Shown here piece by piece: positions 1 through 10,879 of a DNA stretch of 36,334 nt. This stretch comes from Octopus bimaculoides (taxonomy: Eukaryota). The translations under genes and the position numbers were made by a program. The stretch spans positions 58,593,306 through 58,629,639 of the forward strand of contig NC_068987.1 in assembly GCF_001194135.2 (NCBI RefSeq), given 5' to 3'. The notes below the pieces were generated by a model that saw nothing but the letters and a program-made list of their open reading frames with translations, did no database searches and was not told the DNA's origin. Numbering within the stretch: the first letter of the stretch is position 1; each line of letters begins with the position of its first letter.

Positions 1-24
1 CTGGCGTCGGCAATTTTTCCCTAT

Positions 25-610
25 AGTGGCTGTCATCGAAAATGAATTGACTCACCGGTTTCAACAACAGGGAATACGTGTATGCTCTGAGCAAGAAGAG
101 TTGCTATTGTCAGCAGTCAAATGTGGAGTATTTAACTTTGAAAATGCACCTGCTTCTACCTGCTTCTTTTGATTTACTCTTACTGTCATCTCAAATCAAA
201 CAGTAGTGTCAAATTTTGAAACTGAGTTTGCACCCCCTAAGCAAATTTTGTTCCCTGGCCACGTGACGTGGCTGTCGAGGGTAGAAAGCTGAAGTATCAC
301 TTGGGTGGGGACACAAATCATCTACTGGCTTTTTGCCACAACAAAAGAGAGAAGGGACACCCACCCCTCCACTTTTGCTGACACCACCACCACAACAATA
401 GCAACAGCACCAGCTGAGGTAGGTGACCACTACAGCTGCAAAATCAATAGTAACAGTAGCAGCAGCAGCAATTACGGCAGTACCGACAGTAGCAGCAGCA
501 ACAACAAGAACTACAGTGGAAGCAACTGCAACAAACATAACAGAGAACCCACTAACATCTATGGTTTCCATATACCAGACAGCAGCAAAAACAACAGTAT
601 CAGAATCCTC
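25..610 (+). pseudogene. Degenerate L1/Tx1-type ORF1 (gag-like) remnant with eroded CCHC zinc knuckle and Ser/Thr/Asn-rich tail
   Basis: Frameshifted translation around 240-345 gives PKQILFPGH..VAVEGRKLKYHLGGDTNHLLAFCHNK, resembling the V-EGR-x-CX2CX4HX4C region of Tx1-clade ORF1. A CAA/CAG/AGC low-complexity tract follows (375-560), which explains the 305..694 ORF. Boundaries approximate. Confidence 0.45.
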
Positions 611-628
611 CAAAACAAGAAATTTATT

Positions 629-844
629 CTTTTCTACTCTAGGCACAAGGCCCGAAATTTTAGGGGAGGGGGCAGTCGATTAGATCGACTCTAGTTACGC
701 AAGTGGTACTTAATTTATCGACCGCAAAAGGATGAAAGGCAAAGCCGACTTCGGCGAAATTTGAATTCAAAACATAAAGACAGACGAAATACCGCTAAGC
801 ATTTCGCCCGGCGTCCTTAACGATTCCAGCCAGCTCACCGCCTT
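629..844 (-). mobile_element. tRNA-derived SINE, family A, full length, with target-site duplication
   Basis: Minus strand begins AAGGCGGTGAGCTGGCTGGAATCG (A-box region) and has a B-box-like GAATTCAAATTTC. Flanked by CAAAACAAGAAATTTATT (611-628) and CAAAACAGGAAATTTATT (845-862), 17/18 identical. At least seven related copies occur in the window. Confidence 0.9.
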
Positions 845-862
845 CAAAACAGGAAATTTATT

Positions 863-3105
863 ATCAACAGAAGAATAGCAAAAGTTTCCCCAGGGTATGC
901 CTCTTCCATGTTCCGATCTGTCGGACATGTCTTGTGGTGAAGGGATGACGCACAGCCCAATGGCAAAATGTCGGCAGGTATAACACAGGAAAAAGAAACA
1001 AAGTAACGCCAACATCAATACAAACTGGGAGGTGCGACCAGAGGGGAGAGACACCATCGACAGCAAAGTCTCAAATACCTCCTCCAACAGCAGCCACACC
1101 AGTATTGTCAACAACAACATCATCTCCAGACACCACCATCACAAGCACAACTCAATTCACACACGCACAACTCTCACATCGCACATCCCAACACCAGCAA
1201 AATTCAAACATTAATTGTACAACAAACACGAACAGTAAGGAACAGATGGAACACGTATATGGCAATACAGGCATCATACACACCGATCTTATTACACTAA
1301 CAAACAACATGCCAGCACATAAAATTCGTCCTAAACTCACAAACCATATACAACGCTAAAAAAACTAAACATCCTGAAGGAGTGGGAGATTTCAGGAGAA
1401 ATATCAACAAAAGACTGTATAAAGGATAGTTCGTGGAAACATCCACATATACCCATGGGGACGGAACATGTATCCCTACCTCGCCAACAAATTCACTGTA
1501 AGCATCTATTTCTTAATCTAACAGGCAGTATAAATGCACGTGGCTTTGGGTCGCCTTGAAAGCAAGACCATCTATTCAACAACCTCAGCTCATTAAGTGT
1601 AGATGTAGTGGCTATCAGTGAAACCAGGCTCTCAGACCGACAGGCGTTCATACATATTTTTGGCGAATACGAGATCTATTAATTACTATGTCAACCGGGA
1701 ATGGGGGATGGAACTGTGTATGGCGGCCTTTTAGCAGATATCTATCACAACAGGCGACAGGACGGGAGAATTCCTAATTCTGCGAGTCAAGGAGCGGTGG
1801 TACTGCTGAAAAAGGACCCACACGAGTGGGGGGTGGGGTTAAATAGAAACTTTTAGGCCCATAACGCTGCTGAACGCAAGTTTCAAAAGTTTTGTGAAAA
1901 CGTTGGCAAAGAGGTTGTGCTTTTCGACGAGGAACTGATTTGGGATGCACAAACATGCGCAATTCCAAGTAGATCCATTCGTGACAACCCTCACCTCATG
2001 CGATACATCATAGACAGAGTGGGAAAGGAACCTGGCATGAGTGGTCCCCTGAACAATTTGGGTCAATCAAAAGCTTTGAATAGAGTCGACCATCAATAAT
2101 TGGCGGCTGTTCTCACGGCAGCCGGTTTCGGTCCCGTTTTCCGTGGTTGGATCGCTGCAATGTACAGCAACTTCTGTTCCGTAGAGCGGTTACCCATCGG
2201 AACCTTTCAGTATCATGCTCTCAGTCCATCAAGGGGTTCCCCTCTCGTCTCTTTTGTATGTACTGGCTCTGAACCACTACTGAGGAAATTGGAAGAGTTG
2301 AGAGGCATCCCGTGCATACTAGGACGTAGAACCGTGTCGACATACGCAGACGATGTCACCGTCATAGTGTCGAACAGCAGGCACATAGACCTGGTTGGCA
2401 CTGCACTAAAAGAATACGAGGCGGTAACGTCGCTGGATGCTAGACGGTGGGACTGGTTAAATTGCTCGAGATCTGGTTTGATCCGGATCTTCAGATGGAG
2501 AATTGGGACGAGGTGACGAGCAGGTTGCCTAATATCATACAGAAAAGGACCGAGAGAAAGCTATCTCTGAAAGGTCGGGCAGAGGTGGAGAAGCATACAC
2601 TGCCTCCGTCATATATTACCGCCTGACCATTGTGCCTTTCCCGACTTTACGTCTGATCAAACTGGAGCTCGTACTCTTTCGCTATCTGTGGAAGGGACGC
2701 GTCCACTGGTCAATTGTTGTCAACACCCACTGAATGAAGGGCTGAGAATGTCGTGGCTGCTGATGCACAGACATGCACTAAGGCTGCGACATCTTCAGTG
2801 CTTCGTTGACAGTGAGCTCGTCTCTGAGTTGCAGTCTTGGATCAAGCGTAGATCGAGGGAAGGTGCCAGCAGCTGTAATTTCGCCAAACACTTACAGTTT
2901 TCTGTCAGTCGTGCAATACAGTAGGTGGAAGTTCCACATTGGTGTTCTACAGAGGGATAATGGCGGGTAAGTACGACGACGTTCTCGATGAGACACTGGG
3001 CGTCGACGAGAATGAACTGGCTGGACTGTTTTGGAGGACTTTCGGGCCTTGCAGAAATCCTTGGCCTCGAAGTGCTACCGGGAGGCATTGCTGGATTGGG
3101 GTAAA
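863..3105 (+). mobile_element. L1/Tx1-clade non-LTR retrotransposon copy 1, decayed: ORF1 remnant, N-terminal APE endonuclease fragment, RT and C-terminal region
   Basis: 1524-1716 reads GSINARGFGSP*KQDHLFNNLSSLSVDVVAISETRL (APE motifs I-II). From ~1723 the RT reads GGLLADIY..GRIP..VVLLKKDP..RPITLLNA..QTCAIPSRSIRDN..QSKA..RVDHQ, with YADD at 2343-2354. Many stops and frameshifts. Homologous to 7830-9620. Confidence 0.9.
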
Positions 3106-3108
3106 CAC

Positions 3109-3190
3109 AAAGGATGAAAGGCAAAGTCAACCTCGGCGGAATTTGAACTCAAAACGTAAAGACAGACGAAATACCGCTAAGCATTTCGCC
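3109..3190 (-). mobile_element. SINE family A fragment
   Basis: AAGGATGAAAGGCAAAGTCAACCTCGGCGGAATTTGAACTCAAAACGTAAAGACAGACGAAATACCGCTAAGCATTTCGCC is near-identical to 728-808. Confidence 0.85.
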
Positions 3191-3738
3191 ACCTTCCTTT
3201 CTTTATGATATTACATTAAGAATGTTTTTGCTTTCATTTGTGAAACAATAATCACTTAGTATCTAAAATCCAAATTTTAAATTGAATTCAGGAAGACGGA
3301 CAAATCTTTCTCCCCTATCTTTAAGAAGATGATCAGCAGTTTCATTAATTTTTTTCTCTCGCAGTTAACAATACATTTTAAATTTTTCTACTAGACATGT
3401 TTCTTTTTTTAAAGGTGTTCCTCTGCTTGAATCTTAGTCATCGTATAGTTTCTGCTCAGTTTCAAGTGAGTTACTAATCTATGACTTTCGATTGCTTAAA
3501 AACGTAACCTTGAAGAATCTTGTGTTATCACGAAAGTTCATGGTATGGTCTTACAGTTGGCTTTTTTTTAACGTGATTTATCCGAATAGGAATTTTATCC
3601 TAAATCCATACAAAATCAAGATATTTGTTTCATGAAAAGAGTTGCTTCATCTTGTGTAGTAGATGTCTAATTATGATCATCAACTTTGCTTTGAAAAAAG
3701 TTCCAAGGTATTAGAATATTCACGAAGTGACTTTACAG

Positions 3739-3844
3739 ACTCGGTTCTGAAGCACAAGGGATTTCAGATCCAGATGCGACCACCATTGTTGTAGTGGCCT
3801 CAGGCTCTTATCAACGAAGAGTTGAACAGGAAAAGAATGAATAA
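3739..3844 (+). CDS. Candidate terminal coding exon, unknown protein (xLGSEAQGISDPDATTIVVVASGSYQRRVEQEKNE*)
   Basis: Acceptor-like CTTTACAG ends at 3738. Open frame runs to TAA at 3842-3844, with AATAAA at 3840 and 3865. Short and without recognised homology, so it could be chance. Confidence 0.22.
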
Positions 3845-4204
3845 AATGGCTTAATTACAACTTAAATAAAGTTAGCAGCAAAATGCCATGCTTAGCAGAA
3901 CGCTCTCCAATAACTGTGGCAACTAAGAAAAATTACAGTATATTTTCATTACTCCCTGTTCAAAAGTTCAACAATCTTCGAAGAACATTTCGTTTTTTGC
4001 AGTTTGTTCAAAAATTACTTCCAAATTACTTTCTGCATTCTTTTGGTTGTTGTAAATCCAAGAAAAAATACCCTTAAAAAAATTCTCCTCAAAATGATTA
4101 ACAATATAACGTGCTTTGTCCGAATTGGACCAAAGCACAAGGCCAAGTTATTTATCTTTATGAATGTTATGTGGCAATTTCTGACAAACAAAAGCCTTTA
4201 GTTG

Positions 4205-4370
4205 AATATATCCATTCTGCAATAATGGTGATGCCTATATATGATGTACTTTCTGCATTAATGAATGATATATATAAATGTATGATATACTTTCTGCACT
4301 GTTGGAAATATAAATACATGACATACTTTCTACAATAACTGAGATAATTATATATGATTTACTTTCAGGA
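4205..4370. repeat. Degenerate minisatellite, period ~36-41 bp, core ATGA-NN-TACTTTCTGCA
   Basis: Core starts at 4247, 4288, 4324 and 4360, with a weaker copy at ~4211. Confidence 0.65.
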
Positions 4371-4637
4371 TTCTTTCCCACATTACCAAGGTGTTTCTCA
4401 TGACAGAATGAAAGTTTGCTGACGATTTTAACGCTCCTCGAGCATTCCCATAATTGTTTTCTTGTTCCTATTCACGCTTTTTTGATCAGCAATGCAATGT
4501 TGTGAAATACTAAAAATGCTATTGCAATGGAGAATTCTGTGCAGATCTCTGTTTTATTTTCTGATGCAATTATACCTTGACTCTCTTTGATAATGCTACC
4601 TCTATTTTCTAAGATACTTCTTTCTATTTCCTTCCAG

Positions 4638-4701
4638 TGAATCGATAATGTTTTGCCTTGAACGATTGACGTCTGGGTTAATATTCGTCTTTTGGGCATA
4701 T
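4638..4701 (+). CDS. Candidate 64-nt internal exon (xESIMFCLERLTSGLIFVFWAY)
   Basis: Strong pyrimidine tract ACTTCTTTCTATTTCCTTCCAG before 4638 and canonical GTAAGT after 4701; one frame is open. Competes with an antisense open frame (4235-4699). Confidence 0.25.
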
Positions 4702-4971
4702 GTAAGTGTTTACAGTTAATATCCGGCTACGCACTGATGCTATACACTGAATGTGAATGCATTCATACTAAATTGACATTACCGCACATGAACTAGACAT
4801 AAATAAAATGCGTCATTTTTATATTAAAAAAATTCTCTCATTCCACCTCATTTAATAATCTGCAAACAATCTAAAGTAGGAATCACATAAAAGTATATGC
4901 CAGTATGCTCCACTATAAATATGGGATGGTCTTGTGTGGATACCCATTTGAATGGCTTGTTCCTTACAAAC

Positions 4972-4998
4972 TCTCTCTCTCCCTCTTTCTCTCTTTCT

Positions 4999-5081
<83 letters not shown>

Positions 5082-5097
5082 TCTTTCTCTCTCTCAC
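4972..5097. repeat. (CT)n microsatellite
   Basis: Directly visible; generates the SLSL and RERE ORFs. Confidence 0.97.
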
Positions 5098-5116
5098 ACA
5101 CTAAGACGGGTTGGAC

Positions 5117-5698
5117 TATTTACATCCGCTGAAAATTTCAAATCTGGCACTAGACGGAGTACTTTTTTTGTTGATCTTACCATCACGGAACAGTGCACTA
5201 TATATATATAGGGAGAATTCACAAAAAAGAAAAACAAAAGACGAAGACAGGTTGGACTATATTTTAAAGACAATAAAATCATATGCAAGCAAACGCAGAA
5301 AATACCAAAGGGGAAAAGGAAAACAAAGAATTATTGCATAGCCTATTGTGTTTTGCATCGAATTTGTTTCATTTTTTAAAGCACCTAATTTCATCTGATT
5401 TTCAACATTTTTGTCCGAAAATTCCACATCTTTCTCTCTCTCCCTCCCTCCTCACTCTCTCTTTATACATACATACATTCATACATACATACATACATAC
5501 ATATATATATATTTTTTCATTTCCCGAGCGTTAAACTAATACATCTGTTTGTTGTCTGCACCACCTGTCTTCGTCTTTTGTTTTTCTTTTTTGTGAATTC
5601 TCCCTATATATATATAGTGCACTGTTCCGTGATGGTAAGATCAACAAAAAAAGTACTCCGTCTAGTGCCAGATTTGAAATTTTCAGCGGATGTAAATA
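5117..5698. repeat. Perfect 136-bp inverted repeat (5117-5252 / 5563-5698) with a 310-bp spacer
   Basis: Base-by-base comparison found no mismatch, including the T7/A7 run, the (TA)6 tract and the A6GA5CA4 runs. Confidence 0.95.
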
Positions 5699-5787
5699 TA
5701 TGGACAAGTTCCTGTTGGCGANNNNNNNNNNGGCACCAGATGTGTTATAAAAATGCTATTTGTGTTGTTTTCATCGCGTGAAACTAT

Positions 5788-6081
5788 TGAGTGGATTTGG
5801 TAGACGGAAACTCAAAGAAGCCCGTCGTATATATGTATATGTATATATATATGTGTGTGTGTGTGTTTGTGTGTCTGTGTTTGTCCCCCCAACATCGATT
5901 GACAACCGATGCTGGTGTGTTTACGTCCCCGTAACGTAGCGGTTCAGCAAAGGAGACCGACAAAATAAGTACTAGGCTTACAAATAATAAGTCCTGGGGT
6001 CGATTTGCACGACTAAAAGGCGGTGCTCCAGCATGGCCGCAGTCAAATGACTGAAACAAGTATAAGAGTAAAAGAGAGTAA
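5788..6081 (+). mobile_element. SINE family C, 5'-truncated (internal TA/TG microsatellite, CR1-type 3' tail)
   Basis: TGAGTGGATTTGGTAGACGGAAACT, then a microsatellite, then GGCGGTGCTCCAGCATGGCCGCAGTCAAATGACTGAAAC and an (AAGAGT)-like tail. An antisense fragment of the same family lies at 24780-24845. Family recognised from memory of octopus repeats. Confidence 0.75.
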
Positions 6082-6083
6082 GC

Positions 6084-7020
6084 GGGACACTGGTAGAATG
6101 TGTCATATAAAACATCTTTTANNNNNNNNNNNNNNNNNNNNNNNNNNNNNNNNNNNNNNNNNNNNNNNNNNNNNNNNNNNNNNNNNNNNNNNNNNNNNNN
6201 NNNNNNNNNNNNNNNNNNNNNNNNNNNNNNNNNNNNNNNNNNNNNNNNNNNNNNNNNNNNNNNNNNNNNNNNNNNNNNNNNNNNNNNNNNNNNNNNNNNN
6301 NNNNNNNNNNNNNNNNNNNNNNNNNNNNNNNNNNNNNNNNNNNNNNNNNNNNNNNNNNNNNNNNNNNNNNNNNNNNNNNNNNNNNNNNNNNNNNNNNNNN
6401 NNNNNNNNNNNNNNNNNNNNNNNNNNNNNNNNNNNNNNNNNNNNNNNNNNNNNNNNNNNNNNNNNNNNNNNNNNNNNNNNNNNNNNNNNNNNNNNNNNNN
6501 NNNNNNNNNNNNNNNNNNNNNNNNNNNNNNNNNNNNNNNNNNNNNNNNNNNNNNNNNNNNNNNNNNNNNNNNNNNNNNNNNNNNNNNNNNNNNNNNNNNN
6601 NNNNNNNNNNNNNNNNNNNNNNNNNNNNNNNNNNNNNNNNNNNNNNNNNNNNNNNNNNNNNNNNNNNNNNNNNNNNNNNNNNNNNNNNNNNNNNNNNNNN
6701 NNNNNNNNNNNNNNNNNNNNNNNNNNNNNNNNNNNNNNNNNNNNNNNGTTAACAGTCTAGTTAGGGTTAGGGTTAGGGTTAGGAGATTAATACGATATAC
6801 ACCGTTACAGCGCTAACTGTTTTCAACTGAATAGACGTGAGTGATTAGTAGAAATTATCGAAATAAGAATTTTTTACATGAAATAAATTCGAATACAAAA
6901 ATATTTTTCTGTTCTATAACACAAAATAGATAAGTATACGAAGTTTGAAAGTCTTTCCGTACCAAAAACACTACATAAAACATAAATGAAAACTGGCGCC
7001 CCCGTTTTAAAATAGATCCG
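6084..7020. mobile_element. Second member of the telomere-repeat-bearing inverted-repeat element family; interior lies in the N gap
   Basis: 6084-6121 is an exact 38/38 reverse complement of 21729-21766. ~6805-7000 resembles the reverse complement of 20985-21170. (TTAGGG)3TTAGG at 6761-6783. Right end TGGCGCC..AGATCC resembles 21798-21823. Confidence 0.7.
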
Positions 7021-7829
7021 AGTAAGCTATAGACAGGTCAATGGTATCTGTGTACTTTCGTACAAACACGTCTGTAGAAAGTTCTGTGCATACTTTCTAC
7101 TAAAAGTTGTGTAATAGTTGCTAGAGTTGCTATGGCTACCACAGCGGTCACGTCCGATTGTAGCAGAGAAACGTGCATGTGAATGACAGTGTTATGCGTT
7201 TTAGTATACAAACATATATGACTTTATGTTCTATGCCATGTCTTCCGGTGAAAACCGAGCTGATCTGTAAAGTCAAGTAGTTTGTTTCTGAAGTTCTATT
7301 TCGTGAAAAACTGCAGCTGTTAAAGTTTGTCACGAATTAAAGTTGTTCTGTTTGTCACCATTGTCGGTGGTTTGTTCTGCTTGTGGTCCTTGTATTAATT
7401 GCAATGTTGTACGTTAATGTATGAGTATTAAGGTTAGGATGGTTACCTATGTTATAAACAGGAAAAAAACTCGCAAACATCTACCAATGTATTAAGTGGA
7501 GATCGAACACAAAAATTATTAGATACTCAATGGTAGAGAGACTTAGGATATAGGGATCGAATTTCATGGTGTCTAAATTCTATAGTTGGGTTGCTTATTC
7601 AGTAACCTCTGCCAACGAAGTGGGGTACCAATTGAAGATCAACAAAGCAAGAAGATAGGCTCGACTGTGACAAAATGTGCACACTACTCGACAGGTTGAG
7701 AAAAGTAGACAGGCATTGGAGAAGAATCGTTGCTCTTTGAAACGAAATCCATGCACTGGTTTAGAAAATGATTATGCAATGCAGCTTTGGTGCCAGTTGA
7801 TCTGGGAGTTGAACTTTAACCAAATCTGT

Positions 7830-9620
7830 GAACTGGCGGCCTCTTAGTAGATATCTATCGCAACTGTCAGCTGAACAGGAGAATTCCTAGCTCTGTGAGT
7901 TGAGGAGCGATGACACTACTAGGAAATGATCCAAACGAGGGATCAAATAGAACATTATAGGCCCATAACGCTGCTGAATGCAGATTTCAAAATTTTGGTG
8001 AAGGTATTAGCAAAGAGTTCGGCGCTTGTCGTCGAGGAACTGATTTGAGATGCGCAAACATGCGCCATCTCTACCAAGTCGATCTACGATAACCTCCATA
8101 TCTTAGACAGGGTAGGTAAAGAAGCTGGCATGGTTGGGGCTCTGATCAGTTTGGATCAATCAAAAGTTTTGGATAGGGTCGACCACTAATACTTGATGAC
8201 TGTTCTCACAGCGGCCGGTTTCTGTCCTGTTTGTGTACAGCAACACCTACGTGGTAATTTGATGAATGGTTACTTATCACAACACTTCAGCATCATGCGC
8301 GCGGTCGATCAAGGGTATTTTCTCTTGTCTCTTCTGTATGTAGAGCCACCACTATGGAAATTGGAGGCGTTGAGAGGCATCCCGCGCGATCTAGGACGTG
8401 GGAGAACCGTGTCGGCATATATGGACAGTGTCACCGTCATAATGTTGAACAGCAGGCACATAGAACTGGTCAGCACTGTAAGAAAAGAATACAAGGCAAT
8501 GACAGGAGTGAAAATTAACCAAGAAAAGTCTGTGGACTTGCAGCTCGGCACCTGGAGAGAGAGGTCGATACCGTCCAATAACGTCGTGGGACACCGGCCG
8601 GAGGGACCGGTTAAGTTGTTTGGGGTCTGGTTGGTCCGGACCTCCTGGTGGAGAAGAACTTGGACGAGGTAACGAGCAGGGTGGCCAATCTCACTCAGAA
8701 ATGGGCCAAGAGAAAGCTGTTTCTGGAAGTTGTGTTGAGGTGGCGAATGCATATACATTGCCTCCGTTATACATTACCGCCTGATCATCGTGCCTTGCTT
8801 CACTTTACGTCTAATCAAACTGGAGCGCATACTCATTCGCTATCTGTAGAAGGGATGCGTTCCACAGGTCAGGCACTCCATTTCTTGTCAACATGCTCTT
8901 AATGGAGGGTTGGGGATGCCGTAGATGCTGATGTGCAGACATGCGCTACGGTCACGACATCTTCAGCGCTTCCTTGACGGTGTGCAGGTGCGGTCACCGT
9001 TTGTCATACAGTATTTTCCGCAGCTCGTCTCTGAACTGCAGTCTTGGATCAAGCGTAGACCGAGGCAGTGCACTTGACAGCCGGAGTCTCGACAGACGAT
9101 CTCACTCCTCTGTCAGTTGGGCAATGCGGTGGGTGGAAGTTCCACTTTGGCATTCTATAGAGGGTTTGTGGTGGGCAAGTACGACGACGTGCTCGTGGAG
9201 ACTCTGGAAGTCTACAAGAATGAACTGGCTGATCTGTGTTGAATGGCTTTCGGGCCAAGGACCATGGATAATTTCCAAAATTATCCGCAGTGCTACTGGA
9301 AGGCATTGCCGGTTCGGTATAAACTCTACAGGCATGGAAATTGCTGTCAGTTGGGCTTGCCGTAATGCGCACAGAGCAACGAAATTGTTCTTGCACTCTC
9401 TCGTCCAGTACCGGACAATTGCTGACTCGTGGGTTTGTGTCGAACACTTGTGTGTAAAACGGATCCGACTATCAGCTGAGTCCATTGTCAAGATCGTCCT
9501 GTCGCCTTCCTTTGGCCGGGAAAGGTAGACGATGTTTGTTTGTCTGACGGCTTTAGCGAAAGTCGGTGTGTTGAGGACCAGATTGAAAGGGCTGAAGACA
9601 GATACTTTACTCTTTAGCCA
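7830..9620 (+). mobile_element. L1/Tx1-clade non-LTR retrotransposon copy 2, 5'-truncated and decayed ORF2
   Basis: Colinear with 1723-3090 (e.g. AGGCCCATAACGCTGCTGAA and CAAACATGCGC shared). The catalytic YADD is mutated to YMDS (8418-8429). An eroded C-terminal zinc finger (C..HSLVQY) lies at ~9357-9410. Ends approximate. Confidence 0.9.
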
Positions 9621-9685
9621 GGCTCTCATCATTTTTTCAGTCTGCGGAGAAATAGCTAAAATTTGCCCGTTTTATAATGATACCA

Positions 9686-9732
<47 letters not shown>

Positions 9733-10439
9733 NNNNNNNNNNNNNNNNNNNNNNNNNNNNNNNNNNNNNNNNNNNNNNNNNNNNNNNNNNNNNNNNNNNN
9801 NNNNNNNNNNNNNNNNNNNNNNNNNNNNNNNNNNNNNNNNNNNNNNNNNNNNNNNNNNNNNNNNNNNNNNNNNNNNNNNNNNNNNNNNNNNNNNNNNNNN
9901 NNNNNNNNNNNNNNNNNNNNNNNNNNNNNNNNNNNNNNNNNNNNNNNNNNNNNNNNNNNNNNNNNNNNNNNNNNNNNNNNNNNNNNNNNNNNNNNNNNNN
10001 NNNNNNNNNNNNNNNNNNNNNNNNNNNNNNNNNNNNNNNNNNNNNNNNNNNNNNNNNNNNNNNNNNNNNNNNNNNNNNNNNNNNNNNNNNNNNNNNNNNN
10101 NNNNNNNNNNNNNNNNNNNNNNNNNNNNNNNNNNNNNNNNNNNNNNNNNNNNNNNNNNNNNNNNNNNNNNNNNNNNNNNNNNNNNNNNNNNNNNNNNNNN
10201 NNNNNNNNNNNNNNNNNNNNNNNNNNNNNNNNNNNNNNNNNNNNNNNNNNNNNNNNNNNNNNNNNNNNNNNNNNNNNNNNNNNNNNNNNNNNNNNNNNNN
10301 NNNNNNNNNNNNNNNNNNNNNNNNNNNNNNNNNNNNNNNNNNNNNNNNNNATATATATATATATATATATATATAAGTGTGTGTGTTCTTTATATTTGTA
10401 AAGGCTGAGCGGAAGAAACTGATGTTTCTAGGATATTAT

Positions 10440-10660
10440 TTTAATAGTACACCGAAGGATGTATGTTTCTGGGTGTTTGAGGTGGGGTTTTTATGTAGTA
10501 ACATAGACTGTGTGGGTGAACGTTTGATGCCTATTGTAATAATAAAGTGTATCCATCACTTATCCATACGGTCTTCCATAATATTTTGTCTCACTGTGTG
10601 GGTGTAACCAGTACACAACCTGTTATGACTGTAGTGGGCGGCTTAGTGTTCTTAGTGCAA
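10440..10660 (-). pseudogene. Possible I-group/RTEX-like LINE ORF2 thumb remnant
   Basis: Minus translation TVITGCVLVTPTQ*..Q*ASNVHPHSL..TPPQTPRN resembles the RxxTGCxxxTP...HP.H...PPPPR pattern of such LINEs. Heavily decayed. Confidence 0.3.
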
Positions 10661-10879
10661 ATATCTTGAGATACTAGTGGACCAGGTCAGCAATGTATAA
10701 TTCATAAAGGTAGGATAGGCATAATTCATGTCATTTGTACACTATTGATGTTATTTATTTTTGCTAGTCGTTGCTCGCAGTATTTTTGTGCGTTACTTTC
10801 ATTTCGTATATTCTCTATCCATATTGTGAATATAGAGAGTGGGAAGGCAGTGAACTGGCAAAATTGTTTGCAAGCTAAA

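Noticed and set aside
209-1123. ORFs 209-646, 305-694, 423-683 and 767-1123 as genes
   Set aside because: Explained by a low-complexity trinucleotide tract, a SINE and Tx1 ORF1 debris.
4205-4370. Repeat-spacer pattern superficially like a CRISPR array
   Set aside because: Eukaryotic context, degenerate short repeats, AT-rich related spacers and no cas genes; it is a minisatellite.
4852-5211. RERE/SLSL ORFs (also 33516-33710, 33938-34177, 30216-30428)
   Set aside because: Translations of (CT)n, (GAAA)n, (AAT)n and (GT)n microsatellites.
6063-6075. 13-mer TAAGAGTAAAAGA shared between the SINE C tail and 21723-21735
   Set aside because: Short, low-complexity and in the wrong orientation to extend the arm homology; probably coincidence.
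8941-9632. ORFs 8941-9528 (+), 9049-9447 (-) and 9102-9632 (-) as host genes
   Set aside because: They are the decayed Tx1 ORF2 C-terminus and its antisense shadows.
9532-10408. Long ORFs spanning N runs (also 6023-6816, 13889-14575, 22160-23027, 29358-29869, 34801-35325)
   Set aside because: Artefacts of translating gap characters and flanking microsatellites.
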